Of a DNA stretch of 64,000 bases, positions 10,249 to 19,234 are shown piece by piece. Below the pieces are notes generated by a model. The model searched no databases and had not been told where the DNA came from. It saw only the letters and a list, made by a program, of their open reading frames with translations. The translations under genes were made by a program, and so were the position numbers. Positions within the stretch are counted from its first letter, which is position 1. Each line of letters opens with the position of its first letter. Source of the stretch: an uncultured Synechococcus sp. (GTDB lineage Bacteria > Cyanobacteriota > Cyanobacteriia > PCC-6307 > Cyanobiaceae); contig CAJWYF010000005.1 of assembly GCA_913049535.1 (NCBI GenBank), positions 9,962 to 73,961 on the forward strand, written 5' to 3'.

Positions 10249-11766
10249 ATGATCATCGACGACCAGGTTTACGACGTCATCGTTATTGGCAGCGGTGCTG
10301 CCGGTGGCACCCTTGCCGGGGACCTGGCAGGAAAGGGGCACCGGGTGCTGCTGTTGGAGCGGGGCCGCCAGATGCCCTTGCGGGATCAAAACGTGGCCGA
10401 TGTGCAACTGCTGCGCATGAAAGAGCGCTTCCACCCCCAGGAGCGTTGGTTTGGCCCTGATGGTGATCCCTTTGCACCGCAGTCGATGTATGCCCTGGGG
10501 GGCAACACCAAGATCTGGGGGGCGGTTCTTGAGCGCATGCGCGAGAGGGACTTTGGGCCATTGCCTCTGCAAGAGGGTGTTTCCCCTGACTGGGAGCTCA
10601 GCTACAGCGATCTTGCGCCCTATTACGACCAGGCCGAAGCACTCTTCTGTGTCCATGGCCGCGCCGGTGTCGACCCGACGGAGCCGCCGCGTCAGAGGGA
10701 TTACGCCCAGTCACCCCGCCCGGTGGAGCCCTTTCTCAATGAATTGCGTGGTGCGCTGGAGCGTCAGGGCTGCAAGCCCTATGAGTTGCCCTTGAGCTGG
10801 TCGGACAACAAAGAAGACCCCAGCGGAGATGCTGAGCTCTTTGGTGTTGCACCTGCCATCGCCGATCAGCAGGTGCAGTTGCGCACCGATGCAGTGGTTC
10901 GCCGTCTGCATGTCAACCCCTCCGGCACGGAGGTGCGGGGCGTTGAAGCCTGTATCGCCGGACAGGACTGGTTGTTCCAATCCCATCTCGTGGTGCTGGC
11001 CGCTGGGGCGATCAATACGCCTGTGATCCTGCTGCGTTCGACCAACGACAGCCATCCCCGGGGATTGGCCAATGGTTCCGACCAGGTGGGTCGCAACCTC
11101 ATGAAGCCGCAGCTGACCTCCATCCTGCAGCTGGCCGCAGCCCCCAACAGTGGCCGTTACCAGCGCTCGTTCGGCGTCAATGACTATTACTTCGGCGATA
11201 AGAACGTCAGTTTTCCCCTGGGTCATCTCCAGAGTTGTGGTGGGGTCCTGCAGGACGCCCTGTTTGCTGAATCCCCGCCGGTGCTCTCGCTGGTGGCGAA
11301 GCTGATGCCGAATTTTGGCCTCGAGGAGCTGGCTTCCCGTTCCGTCGCCTGGTGGGCCATGAGTGAGGTGCTGCCCGACTCCCATAACAAGGTTTATCTG
11401 CAGGGTGAGCAGATCCGCATCAACTACATCGCCAACAACCGCGAGGCCCATGACCGCCTCGTCTACCGCTGGATTGACACCTTGCAGGCGGTGGAAGCCG
11501 ATCCGCTCACCCATGTGGTGCGACAGGCCCCAACCCACCCCCGTGGTGAGGCCCCGTTGAGCGTGATGGGGTACGCCTGCGGCACCTGCCGGATGGGCAG
11601 CAATCCAGCCACATCGGTGGTTGATCTGCAGGGCCGCAGCCATGAGCTACGCAACCTCTACATCGCCGATGCCAGCGTCTTCCCCAGCTGCCCCAGCATC
11701 GGCACAGGCCTGACAACAATTGCGCTGTCGCTGCGGCTGGCGCAACACCTCGAATCGGAATTCTGA
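10249..11766 (+). CDS. GMC-family FAD oxidoreductase 1 (no Cys cluster; Tyr at the usual catalytic His position)
   Basis: YDVIVIGSGAAGG, LGGNTKIWG, LAAGAINTP, GYACGTCRMG, NLYIADASVFP; ATG 10249 after GAGGAG. Confidence 0.9.
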   Translation: MIIDDQVYDVIVIGSGAAGGTLAGDLAGKGHRVLLLERGRQMPLRDQNVADVQLLRMKERFHPQERWFGPDGDPFAPQSMYALGGNTKIWGAVLERMRERDFGPLPLQEGVSPDWELSYSDLAPYYDQAEALFCVHGRAGVDPTEPPRQRDYAQSPRPVEPFLNELRGALERQGCKPYELPLSWSDNKEDPSGDAELFGVAPAIADQQVQLRTDAVVRRLHVNPSGTEVRGVEACIAGQDWLFQSHLVVLAAGAINTPVILLRSTNDSHPRGLANGSDQVGRNLMKPQLTSILQLAAAPNSGRYQRSFGVNDYYFGDKNVSFPLGHLQSCGGVLQDALFAESPPVLSLVAKLMPNFGLEELASRSVAWWAMSEVLPDSHNKVYLQGEQIRINYIANNREAHDRLVYRWIDTLQAVEADPLTHVVRQAPTHPRGEAPLSVMGYACGTCRMGSNPATSVVDLQGRSHELRNLYIADASVFPSCPSIGTGLTTIALSLRLAQHLESEF

Positions 11767-14474
11767 TGTCGTTCACTGAGGCTTCAGCGCAAGCCATGCC
11801 GCCGAGTTCAGAGCATCGGCGCATGGCCGAGCGCGATGAAAAGCAGGTCCCCTGGATGCGATGGGGCAGTTACCTCAGCGATCGACAGTGGGGCACGGTG
11901 CGTGAGGACTACTCAGCAAGTGGTGATGCCTGGAGCTCTTTTCCCCATGACCATGCCCGCTCACGCACCTATCGCTGGGGCGAAGATGGTCTGCTGGGCA
12001 TCTGTGATCAGCGCTGTTTCCTTTGCTTTGGCATCGCACTGTGGAATGGCAAGGATCCGATCTTGAAGGAGCGACCCTTCGGACTGGGCAATGGTGAGGG
12101 GAATCATGGGGAGGACATCAAGGATTACTTTTTTCATCTGCTGAATACCCCCACCCATAGCTTCATGCGCGGGCTCTACAAATACCCCCAGCAGGAATTC
12201 CCGTATCAGCATCTGGTGGAAGAAAACGGCCGCCGGGGCCGCGATGAACCTGAATACGAGCTGGTTGAAACAGGCATTTTTGATGATAATCGCTATTTCG
12301 ATGTCATTGTTGATTACGCCAAGGCCAGCCCCGAAGATGTGCTGATTCGCATCCGCATCATCAATCGTGGCCCGGATGCAGCTCCCCTGACCTTGCTCCC
12401 GTCCCTCTGGATGCGTAACACCTGGGACTGGGGTTACAGCGATGCATGGCGTCAGCGCCACCCCCTCAAGCGGATCGCAACAGGTGTCGAAACCGCTGAT
12501 TTGAACAGTCTTGGCACCTATCAACTGGTTTGCCGGGAGCAGGGATCGTGGCTGTTCACAGAAAATCAGACCAACACGGAGCGCCTTTACGGCCAGCCCA
12601 ACCAGCAGCCTTATGTGAAGGATGCATTCCACCGCTATGTGATCGATGGCGATACCACAGCGGTGAATCCACAGCAGGAAGGAACCAAGGCGGCCTTGCT
12701 GCTTGAGAACACCATCCCTGCTGGAGATGAGTGGGTGGTGGATCTGCGTTTGGCCCGCCAGATGCCAGCGGCGCCTTTTGCGGCGGAGTTTGATCAGATC
12801 TTGCAAGAGCGGGAACGGGACTGCCTGGCCTATTTCCACTCCTGCGCCCCCAATCTCAGTGCGGCAGATGCCCTGATCTTCCGCTCAGCGGCCAGTGGCC
12901 TGCTGTGGTGCAAAAAGTTCTACCGCTGGGTCGTGATTCGGTGGCTCAGTGGTGATCCCAATCACCCCACTCCGCCCGTGGAGAGGCTCAAGACCGAGAA
13001 CGCCTACTGGCGCCGTCTTTACGCCGATGATGTGATCTCCATGCCGGATAGCTGGGAGTACCCCTACTTCTGCCAGTGGGATCTGATGTTCCACTCGGTG
13101 TCCTTCGCACCCATTGATCCGGCCACGGCCAAAGTCCAAAGCATGCTGCTGCGCAGCCCGCGCTACACGGCTCCAAATGCACAAACCCCTGCTTATGAGT
13201 GGGCCTTGTCGGATCCCAATCCACCGATTGGTGCATGGGCTGCCCTGCGTGTGTTTCAGATTGAACGCCATGACCGCGGTAGTGGCGATCTTCCCTATCT
13301 GCGCGCCGCAATGCGCAAGCTCATCCTTGAGTACGGCTGGTGGGCGAACCGGAATGATCGCTCCGGTGACAATGTTTTTGAGGGTGGATTCCTTGGTCTT
13401 GACAATATCGGGGTGTTTGATCGCCGTTATCCACTGCCCGATGGCAGTGTGATTGAACAGTGTGATGGCACGGCATGGATGGCTATGTTGAGTCTCAATC
13501 TGCTTGAGATCGCCGTCATCCTTTCCGCGGAGGAGCCGGAGTATGGCGATTTAGCGGAACGCTTTGTCTATGACTTTGCGCAGTTGGCCTCCACATTGAA
13601 CACCGATGCGGTGATTAATGATACGGCCAAGGTGATGCGCAGCTATCGGAGCTGGGATGAGCAAGATGGCTTTTATTACGACGTCATTAAGCGGCCGGAT
13701 GGCAGCTGGGACTATCTGCGGTCTCGCTCGATCTCTGGCCTGATTCCTCTGCTTGCGGTGGCCAGCTTTGATGTGGATACCGTGCAGCGTGTGGACTCAT
13801 TGAATGTCAATGCCATTCTGCGCCCATTTCTTTCTGAGCGCATCAGTCCTGCTTGGATCAATGAGCATTTTGGACGCTGGAATAATGATCGCACCTTGTT
13901 CTCGCTTGTTCCTGAAGATCATCTCAGGCGCATCCTCGAGTACGTCTTTGATGAGGATGAATTCCTCTCCCCCCATGGGATTCGATCACTGTCCAAGATC
14001 TATGAGCAGAATCCCTATACCTTCCATGAGGGTCTGGAGACAGGCACGCTTGCTTACAGCCCGGCAGACAGTCCTGTTGCCATGTTCGGAGGTAATTCGA
14101 ACTGGCGCGGTCCAGTGTGGATGCCGTTCAATTATCTCCTGATCGAATCGTTGCAGAAATTCGGCCACTATTACGGGGATAGCTTCAAAGTTGAATTCCC
14201 CACACGCTCTGGCCATTGGATCAGTCTCTGGGAGGCCTCGCTGGAGCTGGAAAAGCGTCTGGTGGGCCTGTTCCGCTGTGGTGAGGATGGGCGCCGGCCC
14301 TTCAATGGGGCCGTTGATCTCTTTCAGCATGACCCCCACTGGAAGGATCTGTTGCTATTCAATGAGTACTTCCACGGCGATAACGGCTCTGGTGTTGGTG
14401 CCAGTCACCAGACGGGCTGGACAGCGATCGTGCTGAAGATGATCACCCAATTGCAGCGCTACAGCTCGATGTAG
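11766..14474 (+). CDS. GH63-related (MGH1-like six-hairpin) glycoside hydrolase 1, 902 aa
   Basis: [80 protein letters not shown]. Confidence 0.85.
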   Translation: MSFTEASAQAMPPSSEHRRMAERDEKQVPWMRWGSYLSDRQWGTVREDYSASGDAWSSFPHDHARSRTYRWGEDGLLGICDQRCFLCFGIALWNGKDPILKERPFGLGNGEGNHGEDIKDYFFHLLNTPTHSFMRGLYKYPQQEFPYQHLVEENGRRGRDEPEYELVETGIFDDNRYFDVIVDYAKASPEDVLIRIRIINRGPDAAPLTLLPSLWMRNTWDWGYSDAWRQRHPLKRIATGVETADLNSLGTYQLVCREQGSWLFTENQTNTERLYGQPNQQPYVKDAFHRYVIDGDTTAVNPQQEGTKAALLLENTIPAGDEWVVDLRLARQMPAAPFAAEFDQILQERERDCLAYFHSCAPNLSAADALIFRSAASGLLWCKKFYRWVVIRWLSGDPNHPTPPVERLKTENAYWRRLYADDVISMPDSWEYPYFCQWDLMFHSVSFAPIDPATAKVQSMLLRSPRYTAPNAQTPAYEWALSDPNPPIGAWAALRVFQIERHDRGSGDLPYLRAAMRKLILEYGWWANRNDRSGDNVFEGGFLGLDNIGVFDRRYPLPDGSVIEQCDGTAWMAMLSLNLLEIAVILSAEEPEYGDLAERFVYDFAQLASTLNTDAVINDTAKVMRSYRSWDEQDGFYYDVIKRPDGSWDYLRSRSISGLIPLLAVASFDVDTVQRVDSLNVNAILRPFLSERISPAWINEHFGRWNNDRTLFSLVPEDHLRRILEYVFDEDEFLSPHGIRSLSKIYEQNPYTFHEGLETGTLAYSPADSPVAMFGGNSNWRGPVWMPFNYLLIESLQKFGHYYGDSFKVEFPTRSGHWISLWEASLELEKRLVGLFRCGEDGRRPFNGAVDLFQHDPHWKDLLLFNEYFHGDNGSGVGASHQTGWTAIVLKMITQLQRYSSM

Positions 14475-14484
14475 CGCTGCAATT
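14449..14484. repeat. Perfect 15-bp inverted repeat with 6-nt loop spanning the GH63-1 stop codon
   Basis: AATTGCAGCGCTACA-gctcga-TGTAGCGCTGCAATT. Confidence 0.9.
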
Positions 14485-14507
14485 CCACACACCTCCCCTG
14501 GCCTGCT

Positions 14508-16061
14508 ATGGACACGCATTACGACGTGCTGATTATCGGCAGTGGTGCCGGTGGTGGCACCTTGGCCCGGTGCCTCGCTGAAGCCGGTCGTCGGGTGCTG
14601 GTGCTTGAGCGGGGTGGGTGGTTGCCCCGCGAACCACAGAACTGGGATTCAGCCGAAGTGTTCCAGGCCAACCGCTACGTCTCTCCTGATCTCTGGAAAG
14701 ACAAGAACGGCCATGCGTTTCAACCCGGCAGTCATTACTTCGTTGGTGGTGCGACCAAGATGTATGGGGCCGCTCATTTCCGTTTTCGCGAACGCGATTT
14801 TGAGGAGGTGGTGCATGTCGATGGGATTTCCCCGTCCTGGCCACTGCGTTACAGCGACTTTGAGCCGTATTACACCAAGGCTGAAGCGACGTATCACGTG
14901 CATGGTCTGCGCGGTGAAGACCCCACCGAGCCACCCGCCAGTGGTCCCTACCCCCATCCCCCGGTGGCCCATGAACCGCGGATGCAGCAGTTGGTGGATG
15001 ATTTCCACGGTCAGGGGTTGCATCCCTTCCACATGCCTGTGGGTGTGAATCTCCTTGAGGACAACCTGCCGTTCAGTGCCTGCGTGAAGTGCAACCGCTG
15101 TGATGGTTTCCCTTGTTTGGTTCACGCCAAAGGTGATGCTGAGGTGATGGGGATGCGTCCCGGTCTCGCGGCGCCAACGCCACTGACATTGCTGACCCAT
15201 GCGGAAGTCAAACGACTGATCACCGATGCCAGCGGCCGCACGGTGACGCAGGTGGAGGTCGAGCATGAGGGAGAGCTGCGCAGCTTCTCCGCTGATCTGG
15301 TGGTGGTGAGCTGCGGTGCAGCCAATTCAGCGCGTCTGCTGTTGATGTCGGCGAATGATCACCACCCCCATGGTTTGGCTAACAGCTCCAATCAGGTGGG
15401 TCGCAATTACATGTATCACAACTGCAAAGTGGTGGTCGCCGTGGGGCACGAGCCCAACCACACGGTCTTTCAGAAGACCCCAGCTGTGAACGATTGGTAC
15501 TTCGGTGATCAGGACTTTGACTATCCCATGGGTCACGTGCAGATGACCGGTAAGACCAATGGCGCCATGATCAAAGGCTACAAACCAAAGCTGACGGCCA
15601 TGGCTCCGGCCTGGGCCATGGATCAGATTGCGAGCCATGCCCTTGATTTCTGGCTTCAGACGGAAGACTTACCTCTGAGTGAGAATCGCGTCACGGTTGA
15701 TCGCACTGGTCAGATCACCCTGAGCTATACCCCGACCAATGAGCAGGCGTCAGAGCAATTGAGACATCGTTTGGAGGCGACCCTTGATCGGGCTTATGCC
15801 AAAAATCATTGGGCTGAGCGCGAGATCTATTACGGATCAGCAATGAATATTGCTGCAGTGGGGCATCAATCGGGTACCTGCCGTTTTGGCACTGATCCCT
15901 CCACATCGGTGCTCGATGTGAATTGCAAGGCCCACGATCTTGACAATCTCTATGTCGTCGACACCAGCTTCATGCCGAGCATCAGTGCGGTCAACCCATC
16001 GCTGACCGCGATCGCCAATGCGATTCGCGTTTCTGAGCATCTGCTCGAGCGGCTGGCCTGA
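14508..16061 (+). CDS. GMC-family FAD oxidoreductase 2 with Cys-rich Fe-S-type motif
   Basis: YDVLIIGSGAGGG, VGGATKMYG, CVKCNRCDGFPC, GHQSGTCRFG, NLYVVDTSFMP. Confidence 0.9.
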   Translation: MDTHYDVLIIGSGAGGGTLARCLAEAGRRVLVLERGGWLPREPQNWDSAEVFQANRYVSPDLWKDKNGHAFQPGSHYFVGGATKMYGAAHFRFRERDFEEVVHVDGISPSWPLRYSDFEPYYTKAEATYHVHGLRGEDPTEPPASGPYPHPPVAHEPRMQQLVDDFHGQGLHPFHMPVGVNLLEDNLPFSACVKCNRCDGFPCLVHAKGDAEVMGMRPGLAAPTPLTLLTHAEVKRLITDASGRTVTQVEVEHEGELRSFSADLVVVSCGAANSARLLLMSANDHHPHGLANSSNQVGRNYMYHNCKVVVAVGHEPNHTVFQKTPAVNDWYFGDQDFDYPMGHVQMTGKTNGAMIKGYKPKLTAMAPAWAMDQIASHALDFWLQTEDLPLSENRVTVDRTGQITLSYTPTNEQASEQLRHRLEATLDRAYAKNHWAEREIYYGSAMNIAAVGHQSGTCRFGTDPSTSVLDVNCKAHDLDNLYVVDTSFMPSISAVNPSLTAIANAIRVSEHLLERLA

Positions 16062-16078
16062 GCCTGAAGGATGATTCA

Positions 16079-18784
16079 ATGGCACGCAAGCTGAACGTTC
16101 AATCAACACCTGAGTGGATGCGGGTCCTTGAGGATCAGCGGGGTGATATTGACTGGGGGCTATGGGGGACGTACCTACCGGATCGACAGTGGGGAACGGT
16201 TCGTGAGTGCTATTGCCCCAGCCTGGATGCTTGGCGCTCGTTCACCCATGATCAATCCCGATCGAGGGTGTATCGCTGGGGCGAGGATGGACTGCTGGGC
16301 TTGAGTGATCGCCATTGCATGCTTTGCTTTGCACCGAGTTTCTGGAATCACCGTGATCCAATCCTCAAAGAACGTTTGTTTGGCTTGGCAAACCATGAGG
16401 GCAATCACGGAGAAGATGTTAAAGAGGTTTATTATCATCTTCTGAATACGCCAAGTCACAGTTATGCCAAGGGTTTGTACGTCTATCCCATTCAGGCATT
16501 CCCTTACGATGAACTGGTGGATGCCAATCAGGCCCGAGCTCGTACTGAGGCTGAGTATGAGCTAGAGGATACTGGCGTCTTTAAGGAGTTGGGTGCTTTT
16601 CACTGTTATGTGGAGTATGCCAAAAATCATTTCAATGATCTTCTGATTCGCATCACTGTAGAAAATCAATCGCAGTTCTCGGCACCAATCACCATCCTCC
16701 CCACTCTCTGGATTCGTAATCAGTGGGATTGGGGCTACCCTGAAATTCAAAAAGGCTCAATCAGGCCTGGTGAGCATCATTCCCTTGATATCAGCAGTAT
16801 CAAAGGTGTAGGCCCTGGTCGCTTTCGCTATGAGGAGTTGGAGGAGTATTCTTTTTATTGTGATCAGCCCAATTCATGGATTTTTACCGATAATGAAACC
16901 AACCATGATGTGGTTTTTTCGCAGGCTTCAAAGACGCCTTACACCAAGGACGCTTTTCATCGCTTTGTGGTGGATGGTCAGAGCAATGCTGTTAACGCTG
17001 TGGGGGGGACAAAAGCCGCCATGGTTTGTCAGCGGGAGCTTTCAGCTGGTGAGTCGTGGACGATTTGTTGCCGCCTGAGTCAAATTGCCACGGATGATCC
17101 GTTTGGCGGTGAGTTTGATGTGATGATGCGGCGCCGCGCCATGGAGGCGCAGCAGTTTTACGCTGCATCATTTCAAGCTCTTGAGTTGGAGCCCAGCGGT
17201 CAACACTATGCAACGTATTGCGCAGCATCGGCAGGTTTGCTTTGGTCTAAAAAGTTTTACTCCTTTAATGTACGGCGTTGGCTGAAGGGAGATCCAGGCC
17301 ATCCTGTGCCGGCAGAACAGCGCAAGTTGACGGATTATGCCAATTGGAAATATCTGAACTCAACCGGACTCTTTTTAATGCCTGATGCTTGGGAATATCC
17401 CTATTTTTGTAAATGGGATCTGATGTTTCATGCCGTTGCCTGCGCTGATCTTGATCCAGCTCTTGCTAAACAGCAGGTCAATATTCTCAGGACCAGCGAA
17501 TATGCAGCATCCAATGCCCAGGTTCCCGCCTATGAATGGGCTTTCTCCGATGTAGACCCACCATTAGGCGCCTGGGCTGCTTGGCGCGTCTTCACAACAG
17601 ACCGCAGCCGTCGCAGGGATGGAGATTGGGACTTTCTGGTTGATGCCTGGCGCCTGTTGCTTGTGGAATATGGCTGGTGGGCGAACCGCACGGACCGTAC
17701 AGGGCACGAGCTATTTGATGGTGGCTTCCTTGGCCTTGACAATATTTCGCCATTTGATCGTCGCTATCCACTGAAAGATGGACGTCGTATCGAGCAGGCG
17801 GACGGGACAGCTTGGATGGCATTCCTGACCCTTTATATGCTCAAGATCACCGTAGCGATTGACCAACATGATGGTTTGGCAGATGTTTCTGAGATGGTCA
17901 ATCGATTCAAGATGAGCTTCATCAATCTTGTGGTGACGATGAATCATGCTGATGAGCGTGGTTATCAGTGCTGGGATCCAGAAGATCAGTTTTATTATGA
18001 TTTGCTGTCTTCAGCTGATGGACGCGCTGAGTATGTCAAAGTGCGCTCATTGACAGGTGTGATTCCACTGCTGGCTGTTCAGTCTTTCTCAAAGGAAGAA
18101 GTGGAGTATGACCAGCGCCTTGATATTGATGAATTTCGGCGCTCCTATTCACGCTTTTATTCACAAGACGCTTTTTACGACTCTATTCATCACCTTGGTC
18201 GCTATGGCACCGGCCGCTATCTGTATGCAGTGGTTTCGCCCGAACGCTTGCGTCAAATCTGTCGATGGTTGTTTGATGAGGACGAGTTTCTTTCCCCTTA
18301 CGGTATTCGCTCATTGTCCAAACACTACCAAGACCATCCTTACCGCTATGACGTTGCTGGTGAGACCTTTCAGATTGAGTACACGCCAGCTGATAGTCCA
18401 GTTTCCATGTTCGGGGGCAATTCAAACTGGCGAGGACCTGTCTGGATCCCCATCAACTATCTTCTGATTGAAGCGCTGCAGGAGTATTTCCGTGCGCTTG
18501 GGCGTGACTTCCTCATTGAGTATCCAACAGGTTCAGGTCAATATCTGAATCTTGAGCAGATTGCCAGCGATTTGCGCAACCGGCTGCTGGCTTTATTTGC
18601 GGCGGATGAATCAGGCCTGCCGCCCTTTGTTCCCCCCGGCTCATACCGCGACACCCATCGGGAGCTGGTGCCCCATCTGTTGTTTCATGAGTATTTCAAT
18701 GGTGACACCGGCCAGGGGGTTGGCGCCAGCCATCAGACCGGCTGGACTGCGATGGTTCGGCGCCTGATTCTGCAGTGCTCTTGA
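16079..18784 (+). CDS. GH63-related (MGH1-like) glycoside hydrolase 2, 901 aa
   Basis: [79 protein letters not shown]. Confidence 0.85.
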   Translation: MARKLNVQSTPEWMRVLEDQRGDIDWGLWGTYLPDRQWGTVRECYCPSLDAWRSFTHDQSRSRVYRWGEDGLLGLSDRHCMLCFAPSFWNHRDPILKERLFGLANHEGNHGEDVKEVYYHLLNTPSHSYAKGLYVYPIQAFPYDELVDANQARARTEAEYELEDTGVFKELGAFHCYVEYAKNHFNDLLIRITVENQSQFSAPITILPTLWIRNQWDWGYPEIQKGSIRPGEHHSLDISSIKGVGPGRFRYEELEEYSFYCDQPNSWIFTDNETNHDVVFSQASKTPYTKDAFHRFVVDGQSNAVNAVGGTKAAMVCQRELSAGESWTICCRLSQIATDDPFGGEFDVMMRRRAMEAQQFYAASFQALELEPSGQHYATYCAASAGLLWSKKFYSFNVRRWLKGDPGHPVPAEQRKLTDYANWKYLNSTGLFLMPDAWEYPYFCKWDLMFHAVACADLDPALAKQQVNILRTSEYAASNAQVPAYEWAFSDVDPPLGAWAAWRVFTTDRSRRRDGDWDFLVDAWRLLLVEYGWWANRTDRTGHELFDGGFLGLDNISPFDRRYPLKDGRRIEQADGTAWMAFLTLYMLKITVAIDQHDGLADVSEMVNRFKMSFINLVVTMNHADERGYQCWDPEDQFYYDLLSSADGRAEYVKVRSLTGVIPLLAVQSFSKEEVEYDQRLDIDEFRRSYSRFYSQDAFYDSIHHLGRYGTGRYLYAVVSPERLRQICRWLFDEDEFLSPYGIRSLSKHYQDHPYRYDVAGETFQIEYTPADSPVSMFGGNSNWRGPVWIPINYLLIEALQEYFRALGRDFLIEYPTGSGQYLNLEQIASDLRNRLLALFAADESGLPPFVPPGSYRDTHRELVPHLLFHEYFNGDTGQGVGASHQTGWTAMVRRLILQCS

Positions 18785-18820
18785 TGGCTACCTTTGGAGG
18801 GTCCATCTCGTGTCGCGGCC

Positions 18821-19234
18821 ATGACAATCGGTGATGTCCTGAAAACCACCGTTAGCCATCCCTTCATCACCCGCATCAATCACATTGCGCTGATGGCCAG
18901 GCCCGGTGAGCATCATCAGGCTCGTGCATTTTATGCTGGTCTGCTGGGGATGACGGAAGTTCCGTTGCCGGATGATCTTTGTGGCAACAGCAATCTTGAT
19001 CTCGTTTGGTTCGTCTTTAATGACGTGATGATTCATGTCTCCTTCACAGATGACTATGTGCCTGTGCCTGTTGGTCGGCATGTCTGCATTGAGGTGGAGA
19101 ATCTTGGTGATCTGCGCGTCAGAATGGAAGCGGCTGGTTGTGGGATTGAGGAGCAGGTGAGGCTGCCGGATCGAGAGCGGTTCTTTGTCTCCGACCCCTT
19201 TGGGAACTACTTTGAATTCATGGAATTCAACTGA
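18821..19234 (+). CDS. VOC/glyoxalase-family protein
   Basis: RINHIALM, AFYAGLLGMTEV, HVCIEVENL, FVSDPFGNYFEF; start 18821 (ATG) or 18794 (TTG). Confidence 0.85.
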   Translation: MTIGDVLKTTVSHPFITRINHIALMARPGEHHQARAFYAGLLGMTEVPLPDDLCGNSNLDLVWFVFNDVMIHVSFTDDYVPVPVGRHVCIEVENLGDLRVRMEAAGCGIEEQVRLPDRERFFVSDPFGNYFEFMEFN

